From Escherichia coli (GTDB lineage Bacteria; Pseudomonadota; Gammaproteobacteria; Enterobacterales; Enterobacteriaceae): 64,000 bases of DNA. Shown here piece after piece: positions 61,360-64,000 of this stretch (position 1 is its first letter; each line of letters begins with the position of its first letter). The stretch is taken from assembly GCF_003334315.1 (NCBI RefSeq), contig NZ_QOWR01000019.1; one strand, written 5' to 3'. A program made the translations under genes and the position numbers. The notes below the pieces were generated by a model. The model did no database searches and had not been told where the DNA came from. It saw nothing but the letters and a program-made list of their open reading frames with translations.

Positions 61360-63033
61360 ATGACTGAATCTTTTGCTCAACTCTTTGAAGAGTCCTTAAA
61401 AGAAATCGAAACCCGCCCGGGTTCTATCGTTCGTGGCGTTGTTGTTGCTATCGACAAAGACGTAGTACTGGTTGACGCTGGTCTGAAATCTGAGTCCGCC
61501 ATCCCGGCTGAGCAGTTCAAAAACGCCCAGGGCGAGCTGGAAATCCAGGTAGGTGACGAAGTTGACGTTGCTCTGGACGCAGTAGAAGACGGCTTCGGTG
61601 AAACTCTGCTGTCCCGTGAGAAAGCTAAACGTCACGAAGCCTGGATCACGCTGGAAAAAGCTTACGAAGATGCTGAAACTGTTACCGGTGTTATCAACGG
61701 CAAAGTTAAGGGCGGCTTCACTGTTGAGCTGAACGGTATTCGTGCGTTCCTGCCAGGTTCTCTGGTAGACGTTCGTCCGGTGCGTGACACTCTGCACCTG
61801 GAAGGCAAAGAGCTTGAATTTAAAGTAATCAAGCTGGATCAGAAGCGCAACAACGTTGTTGTTTCTCGTCGTGCCGTTATCGAATCCGAAAACAGCGCAG
61901 AGCGCGATCAGCTGCTGGAAAACCTGCAGGAAGGCATGGAAGTTAAAGGTATCGTTAAGAACCTCACTGACTACGGTGCATTCGTTGATCTGGGCGGCGT
62001 TGACGGCCTGCTGCACATCACTGACATGGCCTGGAAACGCGTTAAGCATCCGAGCGAAATCGTCAACGTGGGCGACGAAATCACTGTTAAAGTGCTGAAG
62101 TTCGACCGCGAACGTACCCGTGTATCCCTGGGCCTGAAACAGCTGGGCGAAGATCCGTGGGTAGCTATCGCTAAACGTTATCCGGAAGGTACCAAACTGA
62201 CTGGTCGCGTGACCAACCTGACCGACTACGGCTGCTTCGTTGAAATCGAAGAAGGCGTTGAAGGCCTGGTACACGTTTCCGAAATGGATTGGACCAACAA
62301 AAACATCCACCCGTCCAAAGTTGTTAACGTTGGCGATGTAGTGGAAGTTATGGTTCTGGATATCGACGAAGAACGTCGTCGTATCTCCCTGGGTCTGAAA
62401 CAGTGCAAAGCTAACCCGTGGCAGCAGTTCGCGGAAACCCACAACAAGGGCGACCGTGTTGAAGGTAAAATCAAGTCTATCACTGACTTCGGTATCTTCA
62501 TCGGCCTGGACGGCGGCATCGACGGCCTGGTTCACCTGTCTGACATCTCCTGGAACGTTGCAGGCGAAGAAGCAGTTCGTGAATACAAAAAAGGCGACGA
62601 AATCGCTGCAGTTGTTCTGCAGGTTGACGCAGAACGTGAACGTATCTCCCTGGGCGTTAAACAGCTCGCAGAAGATCCGTTCAACAACTGGGTTGCTCTG
62701 AACAAGAAAGGCGCTATCGTAACCGGTAAAGTAACTGCAGTTGACGCTAAAGGCGCAACCGTAGAACTGGCTGACGGCGTTGAAGGTTACCTGCGTGCTT
62801 CTGAAGCATCCCGTGACCGCGTTGAAGACGCTACCCTGGTTCTGAGCGTTGGCGACGAAGTTGAAGCTAAATTCACCGGCGTTGATCGTAAAAACCGCGC
62901 AATCAGCCTGTCTGTTCGTGCGAAAGACGAAGCTGACGAGAAAGATGCAATCGCAACTGTTAACAAACAGGAAGATGCAAACTTCTCCAACAACGCAATG
63001 GCTGAAGCTTTCAAAGCAGCTAAAGGCGAGTAA
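61360..63033 (+). CDS. rpsA: 30S ribosomal protein S1
   Basis: six S1 repeats; 557 aa; strongly biased codon usage. Confidence 0.97.
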
Positions 63034-63079
63034 TTCTCTGACTCTTCGGGATTTTTATTCCGAAGTTTGTTGAGTTTAC

Positions 63080-63108
63080 TTGACAGATTGCAGGTTTCGT
63101 CCTGTAAT
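63080..63108 (+). promoter_or_regulatory. sigma70-type promoter for ihfB
   Basis: ttgaca-17 nt-tgtaat upstream of ihfB. Confidence 0.5.
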
Positions 63109-63192
63109 CAAGCACTAAGGGCGGCTACGGCCGCCCTTAATCAATGCAGCAACAGCAGCCGCTTAATTTGCCTTTAAGGAACCGGAGGAATC

Positions 63193-63477
63193 ATGACCAA
63201 GTCAGAATTGATAGAAAGACTTGCCACCCAGCAATCGCACATTCCCGCCAAGACGGTTGAAGATGCAGTAAAAGAGATGCTGGAGCATATGGCCTCGACT
63301 CTTGCGCAGGGCGAGCGTATTGAAATCCGCGGTTTCGGCAGTTTCTCTTTGCACTACCGCGCACCACGTACCGGACGTAATCCGAAGACTGGCGATAAAG
63401 TAGAACTGGAAGGAAAATACGTTCCTCACTTTAAACCTGGTAAAGAACTGCGCGATCGCGCCAATATTTACGGTTAA
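63193..63477 (+). CDS. ihfB: integration host factor subunit beta
   Basis: 94-aa HU/IHF-family [14 protein letters not shown]. Confidence 0.96.
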
Positions 63478-63504
63478 GTTTTTTACTCAAACTTGAACGA
63501 GAGA

Positions 63505-63530
63505 AAAGCACCTGTCGGGTGCTTTTTTCA
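63505..63530 (+). terminator. rho-independent terminator of ihfB
   Basis: hairpin agcacc..ggtgct followed by T6. Confidence 0.75.
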
Positions 63531-63684
63531 TTTCTCTAATCTGGAACTGGAAGCTGCCTCGCAGAGTTTTGAACAGTTTTCACCCTTTCGTTAAATTCTT
63601 CTGAATATGCCTCGGGGAACGCAAAATTCCCACCAGACAACCGCTCAACAAAGTTGCACACTTTCCATAAACAGGGAGGGGTGC

Positions 63685-63801
63685 ATGAAAATAACGACAG
63701 TCGGTGTATGCATAATTAGCGGAATTTTTCCGTTGCTGATTTTGCCCCAATTGCCTGGGACATTAACCCTTGCGTTTCTGACTCTCTTCGCCTGCGGGTG
63801 A
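63685..63801 (+). pseudogene. ycaI: 5' fragment of ycaI (ComEC-family membrane protein) truncated by IS1
   Basis: ORF MKITTVGVCIISGIFPLLILPQLPGTLTLAFLTLFACG runs into the IS1 terminal inverted repeat and stops. Confidence 0.7.
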
Positions 63802-64000
63802 TGCTGCCAACTTACTGATTTAGTGTATGATGGTGTTTTTGAGGTGCTCCAGTGGCTTCTGTTTCTATCAGCTGTCCCTCCTGTTCAGCTACTGACGGGG
63901 TGGTGCGTAACGGCAAAAGCACCGCCGGACATCAGCGCTATCTCTGCTCTCACTGCCGTAAAACATGGCAACTGCAGTTCACTTACACCGCTTCTCAACC
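63797..64000 (+). mobile_element. insA: IS1 left end (terminal inverted repeat plus 5' part of insA), continues beyond window
   Basis: ggtgatgctgccaacttactgatttagtgtatgatggtgtttttgaggtgctccagtggcttctgtttctatcagctgtccc is the IS1 terminus; downstream frame encodes InsA N-terminus [42 protein letters not shown]. Confidence 0.92.

Noticed and set aside
61396-62535. 379-aa antisense ORF inside rpsA
   Set aside because: Same codon-bias artefact as for pflB; rpsA is a strongly biased ribosomal protein gene.

Overview
This 64 kb window reads as conserved core chromosome of Escherichia coli / Shigella, in K-12 gene order: artMQIP, ybjP, ybjQ, amiD, ybjS, ybjT, ltaE, poxB, hcr-hcp, ybjE(lysO), aqpZ, ybjD, ybjX, macAB, cspD, clpSA, an orphan type I-F CRISPR remnant, serW, infA, aat, cydCD, trxB, lrp, ftsK, lolA, rarA, serS, dmsABC, ycaC, ycaD, ycaM, ycaN, ycaK, pflA, pflB, focA, ycaO, ycaP, serC, aroA, ycaL, cmk, rpsA, ihfB, ycaI. 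Every long ORF that is not an antisense shadow maps to a known housekeeping gene, and I found no foreign multi-gene island or clearly novel system. Gene names are assigned from recognised protein motifs, ORF lengths and synteny, not from a database search. The points worth a second look are: (1) a cas-less type I-F CRISPR array of 3 intact repeats plus 1 degenerate repeat between clpA and serW; (2) a GC-rich, inverted-repeat-dense element between ybjE and aqpZ that no feature explains; (3) ybjD, a stand-alone OLD-family ATPase/TOPRIM nuclease; (4) three inactivating lesions within about 16 kb at the right end: an in-frame amber codon in ycaN, a 1-bp homopolymer frameshift in ycaK, and an IS1 insertion truncating ycaI at the window edge. 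Coordinates of small motifs may be off by 1-2 nt because they were counted by hand.
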